Shown here: piece after piece, positions 46,952 through 57,751 of the stretch
Numbering within the stretch: position 1 is the stretch's first letter
Layout of the letters: each line of letters starts with the position of its first letter
Assembly (NCBI GenBank): GCA_037447435.1
Contig: JBBIGR010000014.1
Span: 1-64,000, forward strand
DNA length: 64,000 nt
Direction: 5' to 3'
DNA from: Fibrobacteria bacterium
GTDB lineage: Bacteria > Fibrobacterota > Chitinivibrionia > Chitinivibrionales > FEN-1185
Translations under genes and position numbers: made by a program
Notes under the pieces: model-generated
The model's database searches: none
What the model saw: only the letters and a program-made list of their open reading frames with translations
Told to the model about the DNA's origin: nothing

Positions 46952-47527
46952 ATGGATCATACGTGGTGGGGTTCCCTTAGTCCTGTGCAGCATTTATACT
47001 GGATAATCGCTATTCCAGCTACCGTAATACTTTTCGTACAGTTGATTTTAGCCTTCATTTCCGGATTTGAATTCCATATGGGCAGTGATTTGGGCGCTCA
47101 TCATGCTGGCGATGTGGGCGCGCCTCATTTTCAACTTTTAACGCTTCGGAATGTGGTTGCTTTTTTTTCTGTTTTCGGATGGACCGGCTTGGCGTTAAAG
47201 CATGCAGGGGTATCAAACCTTTTTACGATTCTTATATCATTTAGTTCTGGTCTATTGATGATGATTATCATGACTTCCATGTTTGTCGGATTATCGAAGT
47301 TACAAAGTGACGGGACAATAATGATTTCAGGAGCGAAAGGCCTTTCTGCGCAAATATATCTCACAGTGCCCTCCAATAGGACTGGATTTGGGAAAATAGA
47401 GGTCGTACTCCAGGGAAGGAAAATTGAATTGGATGCCTTAACAGATGATCTTGTAGATATTCCTACCGGTTCAAACGTGAAAATCTTAGATATAATTAAT
47501 AATCAAGCAATTGTTGAAAGGATATAA
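46952..47527 (+). CDS. NfeD-like membrane protein (flotillin partner)
   Basis: TM segments, FFSVFGWTG, C-terminal OB-like YLTVP...GKIEV...IPTGSNVKI. Confidence 0.8.
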   Translation: MDHTWWGSLSPVQHLYWIIAIPATVILFVQLILAFISGFEFHMGSDLGAHHAGDVGAPHFQLLTLRNVVAFFSVFGWTGLALKHAGVSNLFTILISFSSGLLMMIIMTSMFVGLSKLQSDGTIMISGAKGLSAQIYLTVPSNRTGFGKIEVVLQGRKIELDALTDDLVDIPTGSNVKILDIINNQAIVERI

Positions 47528-47531
47528 AACC

Positions 47532-49103
47532 ATGTATGTTTTAGCCGCCGTAGCCGTCGCTACTCTTGTAATCGTTATCATGCTTATCAGCGTTCTGTCA
47601 AGATATAAACGATGTCCTTCGGACAAGGTACTGGTAATTTTTGGAAAAGTCGCAAAGGGTCAAACTGCGCGCTGTGTTCATGGTGGCGCGGCATTTGTTT
47701 GGCCGATCATCCAAGATTACAAGATGTTAAACCTTACTCCAATCCAAATCGATATTCCGCTCGATAATGCGCTCTCACGACAAAACATTCGTGTTTCTGT
47801 TCCGGCAGTTTTTACAATCGGTGTATCCACAAAGCCTGAAATCATGATTTCGGCAGCCGAACGACTCTTGGGTTTATTGCCCCAAGACATTTCCAAGCTT
47901 GCAGAAGAAATCATCATTGGACAAATGCGACTTGTTGTGGCGCAAATGGATATTGAAGAAATCAATTCCAATCGTGATAAATTTCTAGATGGAATTTATA
48001 AAAACGTTGAAACAGAACTTGAAAAAGTAGGATTGCGTTTAATTAATGTTAATATAAAAGATATTAAAGATGCCTCCGGCTACCTTGAAGCATTAGGAAA
48101 AAACGCTGCTGCGGAAGCGTTAAACAATGCAAAGAAAGCAGTCGCAGAAAAGGACCGGGATGGCGCAATCGGCCAAGCTGATGCGGTAAAAGAACAAACG
48201 ATTAAAGTGGCTGAAGCAACTGCTGCGGCCGAATCGGGCAAAGCCGATGCTGACCGCCTCATGCGCGTAAACATTGCTTCTGCAAATGCAACTGCCGTTG
48301 AAGGAGAAAATAAGGCAACCGTTACAATTGCCAATTCATCGGCTTCTGCGGAATCGGGTAAGGCAGATGCGCAACGATTCATGCGAGTAAATATCGCCAA
48401 TGCCAATGCCACTGCCGTACAGGGTGAAAACCTTGCTGCAGTGACTATTGCAAACTCAACTTCGGAAATGCGCCAGAAAAAAGCAGAAGCAGAAAGAGCT
48501 GCTCTTGCAGCGGAAAAAGTTCGATCTGCGCAAGCATTGGAAGAAGCCTATAAGGCGGAACAATTGGCTGAAACCGCCCGAGCAGAACGCGAACGAGCTA
48601 CAAAAACCGCTAATGAAGTAGTCAATGCCGAAATCGAGCGTCAAAAGATTCTCATCGCAGCTGAGGCTGAGAAAGCGAAACTCATCAAAGAAGCTGAAGG
48701 AGAAGGAGAAGCAATTTTCGCCAAAATGAATGGCCAGGCACGCGGCATCATGGAAATACTCACAAAGCAAGCTGAGGGACTTGAAAAGATTGTAAAGGCG
48801 GCGGGTGGAAACCCCGACAAAGCTGCGACATTACTCATCATAGACAAACTGCCTGAATTGGTCAAGACACAGGTAGAGGCAATCAAGGGTATTAAAATTG
48901 ACAAAGTTACTGTTTGGGATTCTGGATCCAAAGATGGAGGTCCAAATTCAACAGCAAGTTTTTTTCAAGGGTTAATGAAATCGGTTCCCCCTTTGAATGA
49001 CATATTTCAACAAGCTGGCATGGTTTTGCCTGAAATTTTGGGAAAGCCTTCCAATTCCAAACCGAAACCTGAACCAAAGGAAACGGAACCGTCTGAACAA
49101 TAA
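47532..49103 (+). CDS. Flotillin/SPFH family protein
   Basis: RYKRCPSDKVLVIFG, GGAAFVWPIIQ, Ala/Glu coiled coil, IDKVTVWD. Confidence 0.92.
   Translation: MYVLAAVAVATLVIVIMLISVLSRYKRCPSDKVLVIFGKVAKGQTARCVHGGAAFVWPIIQDYKMLNLTPIQIDIPLDNALSRQNIRVSVPAVFTIGVSTKPEIMISAAERLLGLLPQDISKLAEEIIIGQMRLVVAQMDIEEINSNRDKFLDGIYKNVETELEKVGLRLINVNIKDIKDASGYLEALGKNAAAEALNNAKKAVAEKDRDGAIGQADAVKEQTIKVAEATAAAESGKADADRLMRVNIASANATAVEGENKATVTIANSSASAESGKADAQRFMRVNIANANATAVQGENLAAVTIANSTSEMRQKKAEAERAALAAEKVRSAQALEEAYKAEQLAETARAERERATKTANEVVNAEIERQKILIAAEAEKAKLIKEAEGEGEAIFAKMNGQARGIMEILTKQAEGLEKIVKAAGGNPDKAATLLIIDKLPELVKTQVEAIKGIKIDKVTVWDSGSKDGGPNSTASFFQGLMKSVPPLNDIFQQAGMVLPEILGKPSNSKPKPEPKETEPSEQ
48228..48467 (+). repeat. 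Tandem 120-nt (40-aa) duplication inside flotillin
   Basis: AESGKADADRLMRVNIASANATAVEGEN... / AESGKADAQRFMRVNIANANATAVQGEN..., starting at 48228 and 48348. Confidence 0.85.
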
Positions 49104-49136
49104 CTACGGTATAATTCTGGATAATAGGACAATGGC

Positions 49137-49856
49137 ATGATGAAAACTACTATGAATTCGTTTTCCGGATTTTCGAGAAAAACTCTTACGTTCCTTTCGC
49201 AAAACCATCGGAAAAACAGTAAATCCTGGTTTGAAGCTCATCGGGACGACTATCAAAACTTTGTTCTAACCCCATTTCGGGCTCTATCGGATTCGTTGGC
49301 AATGATCGTTGGCCAGATAGACGAGGAAATTGAAACCCGATCACAACGCACCGTGTCCCGGATTTACCGGGATACCCGTTTTTCTAAAGACAAATCGCTG
49401 TACAAAAAAGCTCTCTGGATAACATTTAAAAGATCAATAGACGATTGGCCGGATTTTCCGGCTTTCTTTTTTGAACTATCGCCGACATCGTATTGTTTTG
49501 GAATGGGGTTTTACGCAGCCTCGCGAGACACAATGGATAAAATCCGCACCTTACTCGAAAAAAAGCCGAAAATCATTCTCACGCAATTATCGGCCTTGAA
49601 AAAACTTCATGGGTTCGAATTAGAGGGTGATGAATACAAACGGATAATAAACCCTGCAATACCCGGCGGCATCATGTCTTTATATCAAAAGAAAAACATT
49701 TATCTGATCAAAAACAGCACAATCAATGAAAACGTTTTTTCGGAATCGTTATTGTCAGAAATAGGTAACGGTTTCGGCGCATTAGGATCCTTATACCACC
49801 TATTTGCAGATCTTCATTCAAAAGACATCGATAAAATTATTATCGCCGACAGTTAA
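49137..49856 (+). CDS. DUF2461 (TIGR02453-like) family protein
   Basis: FSGFS...FL...NSKSWFEAHR, RIYRDTRFSKDKSLYK. Confidence 0.88.
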   Translation: MMKTTMNSFSGFSRKTLTFLSQNHRKNSKSWFEAHRDDYQNFVLTPFRALSDSLAMIVGQIDEEIETRSQRTVSRIYRDTRFSKDKSLYKKALWITFKRSIDDWPDFPAFFFELSPTSYCFGMGFYAASRDTMDKIRTLLEKKPKIILTQLSALKKLHGFELEGDEYKRIINPAIPGGIMSLYQKKNIYLIKNSTINENVFSESLLSEIGNGFGALGSLYHLFADLHSKDIDKIIIADS

Positions 49857-49880
49857 ACCAGGCTAACCGCCAAAAAAACC

Positions 49881-49923
49881 AAAGTAAAGACGGGCATTTA
49901 AATAAACGCCCGTTTTTACTTTT
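49881..49923. terminator. Bidirectional terminator
   Basis: AAAGTAAAGACGGGC...GCCCGTTTTTACTTT between convergent genes. Confidence 0.75.
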
Positions 49924-49945
49924 CAAGAACCAGTTGCGATACACA

Positions 49946-52786
49946 TCATTTCGAATTAACAAAAGATACTACCGCATCGTCTTTTCCGCCGAATTTCACA
50001 TACTTCTTGTAAAAATCTTTTGCCTTATCCTGATTCTTAAGATCGTAAAAGTAAATATCGCCGATGTCCTTATAGGCAATAAAGAATTTCTTTTCGTCGT
50101 CCCGACCCCGAACGGACTTTTTGTACGCATCGATGGCGTCTTCGAATTTGAGCACAAGCTTAAGTTCGCGGGCAAGCCCATACGCCAATGACGCGCTCTT
50201 CGGATACACTTCAAGTCCGCGTTTAAAAGCGGATATTGCCTGGTCATGAAGTTGCTGCATGCTCAATACCCTGCCTAAAAGTCCAAACACTTCGGGTTGG
50301 CGAGGTGCTTTGCGCGCAACTTCTGCGTATAATTCGAATGCTGCCTGGTATTGAGATATCCCTTCATACGCTTTGCCCATTCCAAGGATAAAATCGACAT
50401 TATGGGGTGAAGAGCCAAGGGCACGGCCAAAACTTTCAATCGCCTTGTCATATTGCTTTTTTGAGAGATTTACTCTTCCTGCACCTGCATGGGCAAGCGA
50501 ATTTTCGGGCATGAGCGTGGAGGCAACGGTAAACGAAATGATTGCTTCATCCTGCCGATCTTCCAGTTCCGCAATTTCACCGTTCATCAGGTGTGCCCAT
50601 CCGCTCTTTTTGTTTGATGCATATTGAGAATACATGGTTTTTGCCTTATCCTTCATCCCCATGCGCAAGTACACGGAACAAAGACGATATACCAATTCCT
50701 CGTTTTTGGAATTACCTGAAAAAACTTTTTCATAAATCATGGCGGCCCGTTCGTAATCGCCGAGCAAAAACAACGCTTTTCCCAAACCTATCGCGGCTGG
50801 CTCGCTAAACGTGCCGAAAGCAAGGGACTGATTGTAGAATTTAACGGCCAAATCATATTCTCCGTTGTCTAAATAAATATCGGCAAGATATTTATAACAA
50901 GAAGCACAGGACTTGCTCTTGACAATTGCCTTCAGAAGCAAGTCTTTGGCGGTTTCAAAATCGCCCGCCTCTTTATATAAAATCCCTGCCCATTGAATTA
51001 TTTCGAACGACGAAGAATCGCGGGACAAAGCGCGCTTTATGTAATCGAATGCGACATCGCGTCGCCCAATGGAATTGGCCACCTGCGCAAATTGGACCAA
51101 AAAGACGGTATTAAAAGGATCAAGGCGCGCGGCGACTCCAAGATGTTCGTACGCGCTGTCTTTGTCTCCTATCGATAGCAGCAACTTGCCATATTCATAT
51201 CTGCAATTTGCGTTTTGCGGATCAATGCCGATCGACTGAGACAAAAGCGGCTTTGCAGTTGCGATTTGCTTCTTCGCGGCATATAATTTTCCGAATTCAT
51301 AGAGTATTTCCGCATTACCCGATTCCAGTGAATAGGCTTTTCGCAGCTGTAAAAACCGCCCGTTATCGTTCCCGTTCTTTTCGTAAGCCCTCGCAAGTAA
51401 CAGATGCGACATCGCAACGGTGCTGTCGAGATTATTGACGTTTTCCAGCACGGCAATCGCGTCGCGCCATTTTTGATCGGCCAGGTAAATTTGGGCTAAA
51501 TCTATTTGCGCTTTGACATTTCTCGGATCCGCTATTGTCCATTCCTTGATAACGCTCAGCAGTTTCTTGCTGTCGTTTTCTATGCTGTAACATGACGCAA
51601 GCAATGAAAGAATACGAACATTTCCTTTCATTTGGGCACGGCATTTTTCCAACGATTCAATAGCCTCCTTTGGTTGATTGTTTTTAATCAGGCATTCACC
51701 GAGCAATGAAAGGCATTCGAAATTTTTAGGCATCATTTCAATTGATTTCTGCAAAACGACGACAGCGTCATTAAAGTGCTCTTGGGAGTAATACACGCTA
51801 CCCAATTCACACCACGCAGCGGAATCGGTCGGCATTTTCTCCAGATATTTTTTGTATTGGTTTACCGCGGCAACCCTGTTGGCCTGAGCGGCAAGGCATT
51901 GACCGAGCATTTTCGACATTATGGGTTTTGCATCGGGAAGCAAGAGAGCTTTATCGAGCAAAACTTCGGCCTTGTGCCAGTTGCGTTCTGCAATGTAAAT
52001 ACCGGCCAAACGTTCGAAATTCCGGATATCGTTCGGATAATCGCTGATGTTCTTTTCAAAAGCCCGTATCGCCTTTTGCGTTTGAGACGATAATTCGAAG
52101 AGTTTTGCATAATTATAGAGATACTCCTGCTTTTTCGCCGAGGTCGCCATAGTCATGAGCTTGTCATATGCGGCAATCGCCTTTTTATAATCCCCCATTT
52201 TTTCACTTGCAAATGCAGCCAGTTCCAACGCTCTACGGTTTTTCGCGAACTTCGCATCCGAATAGAGCGCAAGAACTTCATCGTAAGCGCCAAGCGCATT
52301 TTGGGATTCCATCACCATGAGGGTCAATCCGTCCTGAGCAGCTAAAAGATTCGATATATTTTGAGCAAGTTCAGCCACTTTGGCATGATTTTTTTTAGCG
52401 GAATAAGCAGCTATCATTTTTGCGATGATTTGCGGCGAGGGATGTTGCTTCGTGCAATAGAGCTCGAACGCTGCAATGGCTTTGTCGGTACATACCGAGC
52501 GCATAAACCCTTCCCCGGCCTTAATAAGCCAATCCTTATTCGAATCATTATCCAATTCATATAATTTCATACATGTTTCAGCTGCGATGCTGTCTTGGCC
52601 GGCCTTGAACTGATCTTGTGCGGTGCGAATCATATCGGTACTTAATTTTGTAACCGTTGATTGCATTGTCGGATTTGCCGAAGCATTATCCTGGGTGTCA
52701 AACTTTATATGTGTTTTACCATAGCTGGGTATCGCAAACCCGATTGCAGCGCAGATGATGATGGTTTTCAGTTTTGTGTTTTTCAT
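49946..52786 (-). CDS. Large exported tetratricopeptide-repeat protein
   Basis: GAGGAGG RBS before MKNTKLK (52786); signal peptide; TPR-like repeats over most of its length. Confidence 0.88.
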   Translation of the reverse strand: MKNTKLKTIIICAAIGFAIPSYGKTHIKFDTQDNASANPTMQSTVTKLSTDMIRTAQDQFKAGQDSIAAETCMKLYELDNDSNKDWLIKAGEGFMRSVCTDKAIAAFELYCTKQHPSPQIIAKMIAAYSAKKNHAKVAELAQNISNLLAAQDGLTLMVMESQNALGAYDEVLALYSDAKFAKNRRALELAAFASEKMGDYKKAIAAYDKLMTMATSAKKQEYLYNYAKLFELSSQTQKAIRAFEKNISDYPNDIRNFERLAGIYIAERNWHKAEVLLDKALLLPDAKPIMSKMLGQCLAAQANRVAAVNQYKKYLEKMPTDSAAWCELGSVYYSQEHFNDAVVVLQKSIEMMPKNFECLSLLGECLIKNNQPKEAIESLEKCRAQMKGNVRILSLLASCYSIENDSKKLLSVIKEWTIADPRNVKAQIDLAQIYLADQKWRDAIAVLENVNNLDSTVAMSHLLLARAYEKNGNDNGRFLQLRKAYSLESGNAEILYEFGKLYAAKKQIATAKPLLSQSIGIDPQNANCRYEYGKLLLSIGDKDSAYEHLGVAARLDPFNTVFLVQFAQVANSIGRRDVAFDYIKRALSRDSSSFEIIQWAGILYKEAGDFETAKDLLLKAIVKSKSCASCYKYLADIYLDNGEYDLAVKFYNQSLAFGTFSEPAAIGLGKALFLLGDYERAAMIYEKVFSGNSKNEELVYRLCSVYLRMGMKDKAKTMYSQYASNKKSGWAHLMNGEIAELEDRQDEAIISFTVASTLMPENSLAHAGAGRVNLSKKQYDKAIESFGRALGSSPHNVDFILGMGKAYEGISQYQAAFELYAEVARKAPRQPEVFGLLGRVLSMQQLHDQAISAFKRGLEVYPKSASLAYGLARELKLVLKFEDAIDAYKKSVRGRDDEKKFFIAYKDIGDIYFYDLKNQDKAKDFYKKYVKFGGKDDAVVSFVNSK

Positions 52787-53021
52787 ACTTTCCTCCTCTT
52801 GCTTCGTCTGTATTTTTATTGCTACGTTTTTGTTAAGCGCGTAAATATTAGGGCACAACTCGCCCTTTGATTATTAAAATTGCTCCCTCATTTTATCTGT
52901 TCTTGCCCTCGGTAACCCAATAAAGCATTTTAAAGGCAAGACTATTTCCACCCTTATTATATCATCCACTTTTAAAGAGTACAATAGTTTTTTAATCTTT
53001 TTTTTAGGATTAGTAGAGGCG

Positions 53022-54788
53022 ATGAAAAATAGCGAATCTGTTAATTACTATAATACGGCACAAATACTTAAAAATAATGGTGACTTTTCAAGTGCATTGG
53101 AAGCTTTGGAATCTGCATTAAGAATCAGCCCTGATTTTTTTGAAGCAAGGGTAAATTGTTCCGAAGCGAACAGAATTTTGGGAAATACCGCTCAAGCCAT
53201 TGAAAATATGAACGTTGCGCTGACATTAAAACCAGATTTTTTTGAGGGCCACAATGCTATCGGGCTTTTATACCATAGTATTTCTTCATTCGACCATGCC
53301 ATAGGCCACTTTAAAAAGGCCGTTTCTATTAATCCGGAATTTGCCGAGGCATTTTATAACTTGGGCAATTGCCATAGAGATACTGAAAATTTTGATGAAT
53401 CCATAGCAGGTTTTAAAGCTGCAATTGCATTAAATCCGCATTTTTTCCAGGCGATCGCAAATTGCGGCGAGGCGATGCAAATTACGGGGATGATTGACCA
53501 AGCAGAGGAATATTTTAAAAAAGCGCTCGATATTAATCCGTCAAGCGACATCGTCATCAGCAATTTGTTGTTGACCCAGAACTATAATCCGGGCTATTCC
53601 CAACTTCAACTGTTTGAAAACCATAAAAAGTATGCAGCCTTGATTGCACACCGCAATGATAAATTTCCACCCATTTTAAAAAAAATGTGCACGGCGGATA
53701 AAAAATTACGTATCGGATATGTTTCCGGCGACTTTAGAAACCACCCGGCTTCATATTTTCTAACACCGTTATTTTCATATTGTAATCATGAGGATTTCCG
53801 GATTTATTGCTATAGTAACACACAGGTTCCCGACGCCAAAACCGTTTTTTTCAGGGATCGTTCCGATTCATGGAACTCGATTCGCGACATGACGGATCGG
53901 GAAGCTGCGGAAAAAATCCGGAAAGACGGGATAGACATTCTCGTTGATTTATGCGGACATAGCGCCGACAACAGGCTGGGGATTTTCTGTTTTAAACCCA
54001 GCCCCGTCCAAGTTACCTACCTTGGATACCCGAATTCGACCGGTCTTACGGTTATGGATTATAGATTGACAGACAACATTTGCGATCCGGAGGGCCAGCA
54101 ATCTTTTTATACAGAAGCCCTGCGGTATTTGCCGCACTGTTTTTGTAACTATGCGCCGCAGGAAAGGATACAAGCGTCCAGCGAACCGCCGGTAAAGAGA
54201 AACAATTTCATTACCTTTGGATCCACCCATACGCTGGCACGACTGAACAATCAGGTACTTGACCTTTGGGCAAATATTTTGGAGCGTATCCCTTCTTCAC
54301 GATTGCGTATTGTGCGCAATACTTTGAAAGGAAATGCGGCCAAACGCATTAGGGATCGCTTCATAGGTCAGGGAATAACTGCGGATAGAATTTCCCTGGT
54401 GCACGACATACCTCCTAACGCTCACCTTGATATTTATACTGAAATCGATGTTTTATTGGATACGTTTCCCTGGAGCGGCCACACGTCGGCCTGCGAGGCG
54501 CTTTTTATGGGTGTTCCTGTAATTTCATTGCACGGCGAAAGGTATGCAGGAAACATGGTCAATAGCGTCCTATCGAACATCGGCCTTCCGGAATATATCG
54601 CGCAGTCGAAGGAGGAATATATTCTCAAAGCCGAACGCGCAGCAACGGATAGTTCCTCGCTCATCGATCTGCGATCGACATTGCGAAGAAAAATGCTCGA
54701 AAGCCCTTTATGCGATTCTAAAACCTTTGTAAAGAATATCGAATCCGCTTATCGAAGTATGTGGGAAGCCTACTGCAATGCACTATAG
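53022..54788 (+). CDS. TPR + GT41 O-GlcNAc transferase/SPINDLY-like glycosyltransferase
   Basis: N-terminal TPRs; LRIGYVSGDFRNHP, DILVDLCGHS, PVQVTYLGYPNSTG, LDTFPWSGHTS, MGVPVI. Confidence 0.92.
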   Translation: MKNSESVNYYNTAQILKNNGDFSSALEALESALRISPDFFEARVNCSEANRILGNTAQAIENMNVALTLKPDFFEGHNAIGLLYHSISSFDHAIGHFKKAVSINPEFAEAFYNLGNCHRDTENFDESIAGFKAAIALNPHFFQAIANCGEAMQITGMIDQAEEYFKKALDINPSSDIVISNLLLTQNYNPGYSQLQLFENHKKYAALIAHRNDKFPPILKKMCTADKKLRIGYVSGDFRNHPASYFLTPLFSYCNHEDFRIYCYSNTQVPDAKTVFFRDRSDSWNSIRDMTDREAAEKIRKDGIDILVDLCGHSADNRLGIFCFKPSPVQVTYLGYPNSTGLTVMDYRLTDNICDPEGQQSFYTEALRYLPHCFCNYAPQERIQASSEPPVKRNNFITFGSTHTLARLNNQVLDLWANILERIPSSRLRIVRNTLKGNAAKRIRDRFIGQGITADRISLVHDIPPNAHLDIYTEIDVLLDTFPWSGHTSACEALFMGVPVISLHGERYAGNMVNSVLSNIGLPEYIAQSKEEYILKAERAATDSSSLIDLRSTLRRKMLESPLCDSKTFVKNIESAYRSMWEAYCNAL

Positions 54789-54806
54789 GTTACGATTTTG
54801 CCAAGT

Positions 54807-55892
54807 TCAGTCACGCTTCGGGGCGAATTTTGAACCGCCATACATTCCCATATCGTTCCGTGAATTGTCTCCATTTTTAAATTCACCGCTCGGGTTTCCG
54901 GCGTGAATGCACGGAGAATATCGGGACAAAGTATAGCGATCGGACGTTTTTTTCCGTTTTTTTGACGCGGTTGAATCGGACAATTCCGTGTGAAGCGACT
55001 TGGCAAGCACCGTGTCTTTGATGCGCGATTTATCGGTGGGTAAAGAAACATCCCGTTCGACTGCCACAGAGTCGAATTCCGAACCGGCAAAAATAGGGTT
55101 TTTAAATAAATTATTCTTGATATCCGTGGAGTCTTTCCGATCATTTTTCTTTTTAAGAATGCCCAGTTCGGGATCACAATCCAGTAAATTGCCGTCGGAA
55201 TTTCCATAAACGCAATTATACTCAAACGTTATAGCCGACGTACCGTCGCACCAGAGCCCATTGCTTTTATTAAAGGCAATAATATTGTTTTGAAATACCG
55301 GGTTTGATTGGGAGCTCTTAATACCGAACGTATAATTGGAGGCGATGACATTATTTATGGCAGTTATATTTCCCCGTTGCTGGCAAACAATACCAACATT
55401 ATTATAATCGATTCGACAATGATGGACATTGGGACTGCAATTTAAAACGCTTATCGCATTATACGCGCCGCTAATATCGGCATACCCGAATTCAACACCT
55501 TTTTCGGGTGCATTTTTAAAAACGATACCGTACCATCGCGGCCCGGCTCCCTTTGCTCCTTCCGGCATAAATGAAATACGTTTATCGGCAATCCCGACGC
55601 ATTCGAATCCGCCCTGAACAACAATTGAAATCGTGCCGGAATCCAATGCGTCAAGCTGCGGTACCGCCTTGTTGCGCACACGCTCCTTGCCGATGAGAAT
55701 AGCGGTCCCCGGCCCGATTGCAAGATGCGCACTTTTACTCACCATAATATCCTGGGTAACCACATACGGTCCCTCTTCGGCAGTCCAGCGCGTATCTTTA
55801 TTGATAATTCCGCCCACTACCGTTTCCGCATCGGTTGCTCCCGGAAAAACAAAAAGCCCCGTGAATAGCACTATAAAAAAGCGGTTCTTCAT
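54807..55892 (-). CDS. Secreted right-handed parallel beta-helix protein
   Basis: Signal peptide; DTRWTAEEGPY, WYGIVF, NNIIAFN repeats, SPCIHAG...DMGMYGG. Confidence 0.8.
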   Translation of the reverse strand: MKNRFFIVLFTGLFVFPGATDAETVVGGIINKDTRWTAEEGPYVVTQDIMVSKSAHLAIGPGTAILIGKERVRNKAVPQLDALDSGTISIVVQGGFECVGIADKRISFMPEGAKGAGPRWYGIVFKNAPEKGVEFGYADISGAYNAISVLNCSPNVHHCRIDYNNVGIVCQQRGNITAINNVIASNYTFGIKSSQSNPVFQNNIIAFNKSNGLWCDGTSAITFEYNCVYGNSDGNLLDCDPELGILKKKNDRKDSTDIKNNLFKNPIFAGSEFDSVAVERDVSLPTDKSRIKDTVLAKSLHTELSDSTASKKRKKTSDRYTLSRYSPCIHAGNPSGEFKNGDNSRNDMGMYGGSKFAPKRD

Positions 55893-56851
55893 TCTGTTTC
55901 CACCAAATCTTTGTAAGCGTAATACAGCAAATACTTTTCGTATGTCGGAACAGTAATAAAAAACTGATATCCTTCTATCGGATGAGCATCCGGTTTTGCC
56001 GCTTGTACCTTTACATACGTTAAAATTTCGGAATCCTTGAATTCCGTCAGCACCCTGACATGATCGCGCTCGATTTTCGCCTGAGAACAGGCGGAAATCA
56101 TGTCTGCATTCGATATTTCGCTCTTAATTTCGGTTCCGCCTTTTTGTAGTGCAACAAAATTCCCAAGCGAAAAGATAAGCGCAATTGCCTCGGAAGAAAA
56201 TCCGGGGATTTTTTCATACGCTTTTTTAAAAACCATTCGTAAATAATCGCAGAAGCCCGACAGCTTGGTTCCGTCCAGTAGAATTATCCTTCCCTCTTTT
56301 ACCTCTATGATGCCGTTTGTTTGCAACACATCGAGCAAATGCATAATGCAACGATTATTGACGGTCAAAAGTTGAGACAATTCGCACGTCGTATGAGCGA
56401 GATCCAATTCTCTGAAAGAAGCGGTGCCCGTCGCCGAACCGTGACGCAGAAAATAATAGTGCAACGCTATAATTGTATGTAAACAATGATTCTTGGTTTG
56501 AATGGATTCCAGCCGCGAATTCGCTTTTCGTATTTTTTCGCTGGTCGTTCTAATCATCGACATAAACCAGGCCGGGACACCGCTTATTTTTTTAAGAAAC
56601 GTGTCTGCGTCGATCACGATAACGGCTGTCTCTTTAATCGCAAGAGCCGAAGCACTACGCGGCTTACCGTCTATAAGCGCCATTTCGCCGAAAACCGAAC
56701 CTTTTGCAAGTTTTGTAAGTTCGACATCTTTTGTACCGATTTTGCGATATATCTTTATCATACCGGATTGAACAATATACAATTCCTGGGAATGGTCGTT
56801 CTCATGGAAAAGATGGGTTCCGGGTTTGAATGTCTTGGCAAAAGGTTGCAT
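55889..56851 (-). CDS. Cyclic-nucleotide-binding (Crp/Fnr-like) protein with an extended C-terminus
   Basis: LYIVQSG, FGEMALIDGKPRSASA; possible winged-helix region after it. Confidence 0.85.
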   Translation of the reverse strand: MQPFAKTFKPGTHLFHENDHSQELYIVQSGMIKIYRKIGTKDVELTKLAKGSVFGEMALIDGKPRSASALAIKETAVIVIDADTFLKKISGVPAWFMSMIRTTSEKIRKANSRLESIQTKNHCLHTIIALHYYFLRHGSATGTASFRELDLAHTTCELSQLLTVNNRCIMHLLDVLQTNGIIEVKEGRIILLDGTKLSGFCDYLRMVFKKAYEKIPGFSSEAIALIFSLGNFVALQKGGTEIKSEISNADMISACSQAKIERDHVRVLTEFKDSEILTYVKVQAAKPDAHPIEGYQFFITVPTYEKYLLYYAYKDLVETE

Positions 56852-56935
56852 AGTTTTTTTAACGACAGGAATTATTTTAAAATTTCCCTTTTAATTGTAC
56901 GTTTCACGCTTTGTAAAATCAAGGAGAATACTTCG

Positions 56936-57751
56936 TTGCGTCCCATTACGTTTTCAATTGTTTTCGCACTAATCATAACACTATCGGGCGGATGCTCCCG
57001 GAATAAAGAAGTTGCATTGACCGTGGATTTTTCGGGGAAACGGCAATTCCGTTATTGTATTGATGCCGTTGTTCGCGGATCAATAGCCTCGATCGACACG
57101 CAGCGCTCTTTTCAAAGCGCCGCAATGTGTACGCTCATTTGCTCGGGAGACGGCAAAAACAGAACAATGTTTCATGCCACCGTGCCGTATGCAAAATTTA
57201 GCTCCACAATTCTCGGGGAAGACGAAATCAACAACCTGACGCAACAAGCGCGTGACGTAAAACTCACTTGCGCTTTGGACAATGCAACCATTGTTCCCGA
57301 TGATTCCATGGATTTGCCGCTTATACGAATCGGCGAATGGGATGTCTTTACCGATCTTATAAAGGCGATTCCTGCTTTGCCTAAAACAAAAGTGAAAAAA
57401 GGCGCTTCGTGGGACAGAGAAAAAATCATCCCGCTTGACACTAAACAGGGAAAAGCAACGGGGCACTTATACCAATCCTTTAAACTCGATAGTATTTCAT
57501 ATCCGGCAAATAAATTCCTGATCGCCTATATTTCATGGAACTTCACCTATCAAATCGAACTTCACGAACGCGATTCCTTAAAAATCCTGGACCGGATGCC
57601 CTCTCGCGGTATCGGACAGGGGCAAGCCGCGGTGGATATAAGCAACAAAAGGCTTGAATATGCAAAAGCGAGTTTTTCGGTGCCTCAAGCGAGCGAAGGA
57701 TTGTACAAAATATCCTGGAATGAATCTATTTCCCTGAAGTATGTCCCATGA
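56936..57751 (+). CDS. Hypothetical lipoprotein
   Basis: AAGGAG RBS, TTG start at 56936, lipobox-like LSGGC; LPKTKVKKGASW. Confidence 0.65.
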   Translation: MRPITFSIVFALIITLSGGCSRNKEVALTVDFSGKRQFRYCIDAVVRGSIASIDTQRSFQSAAMCTLICSGDGKNRTMFHATVPYAKFSSTILGEDEINNLTQQARDVKLTCALDNATIVPDDSMDLPLIRIGEWDVFTDLIKAIPALPKTKVKKGASWDREKIIPLDTKQGKATGHLYQSFKLDSISYPANKFLIAYISWNFTYQIELHERDSLKILDRMPSRGIGQGQAAVDISNKRLEYAKASFSVPQASEGLYKISWNESISLKYVP

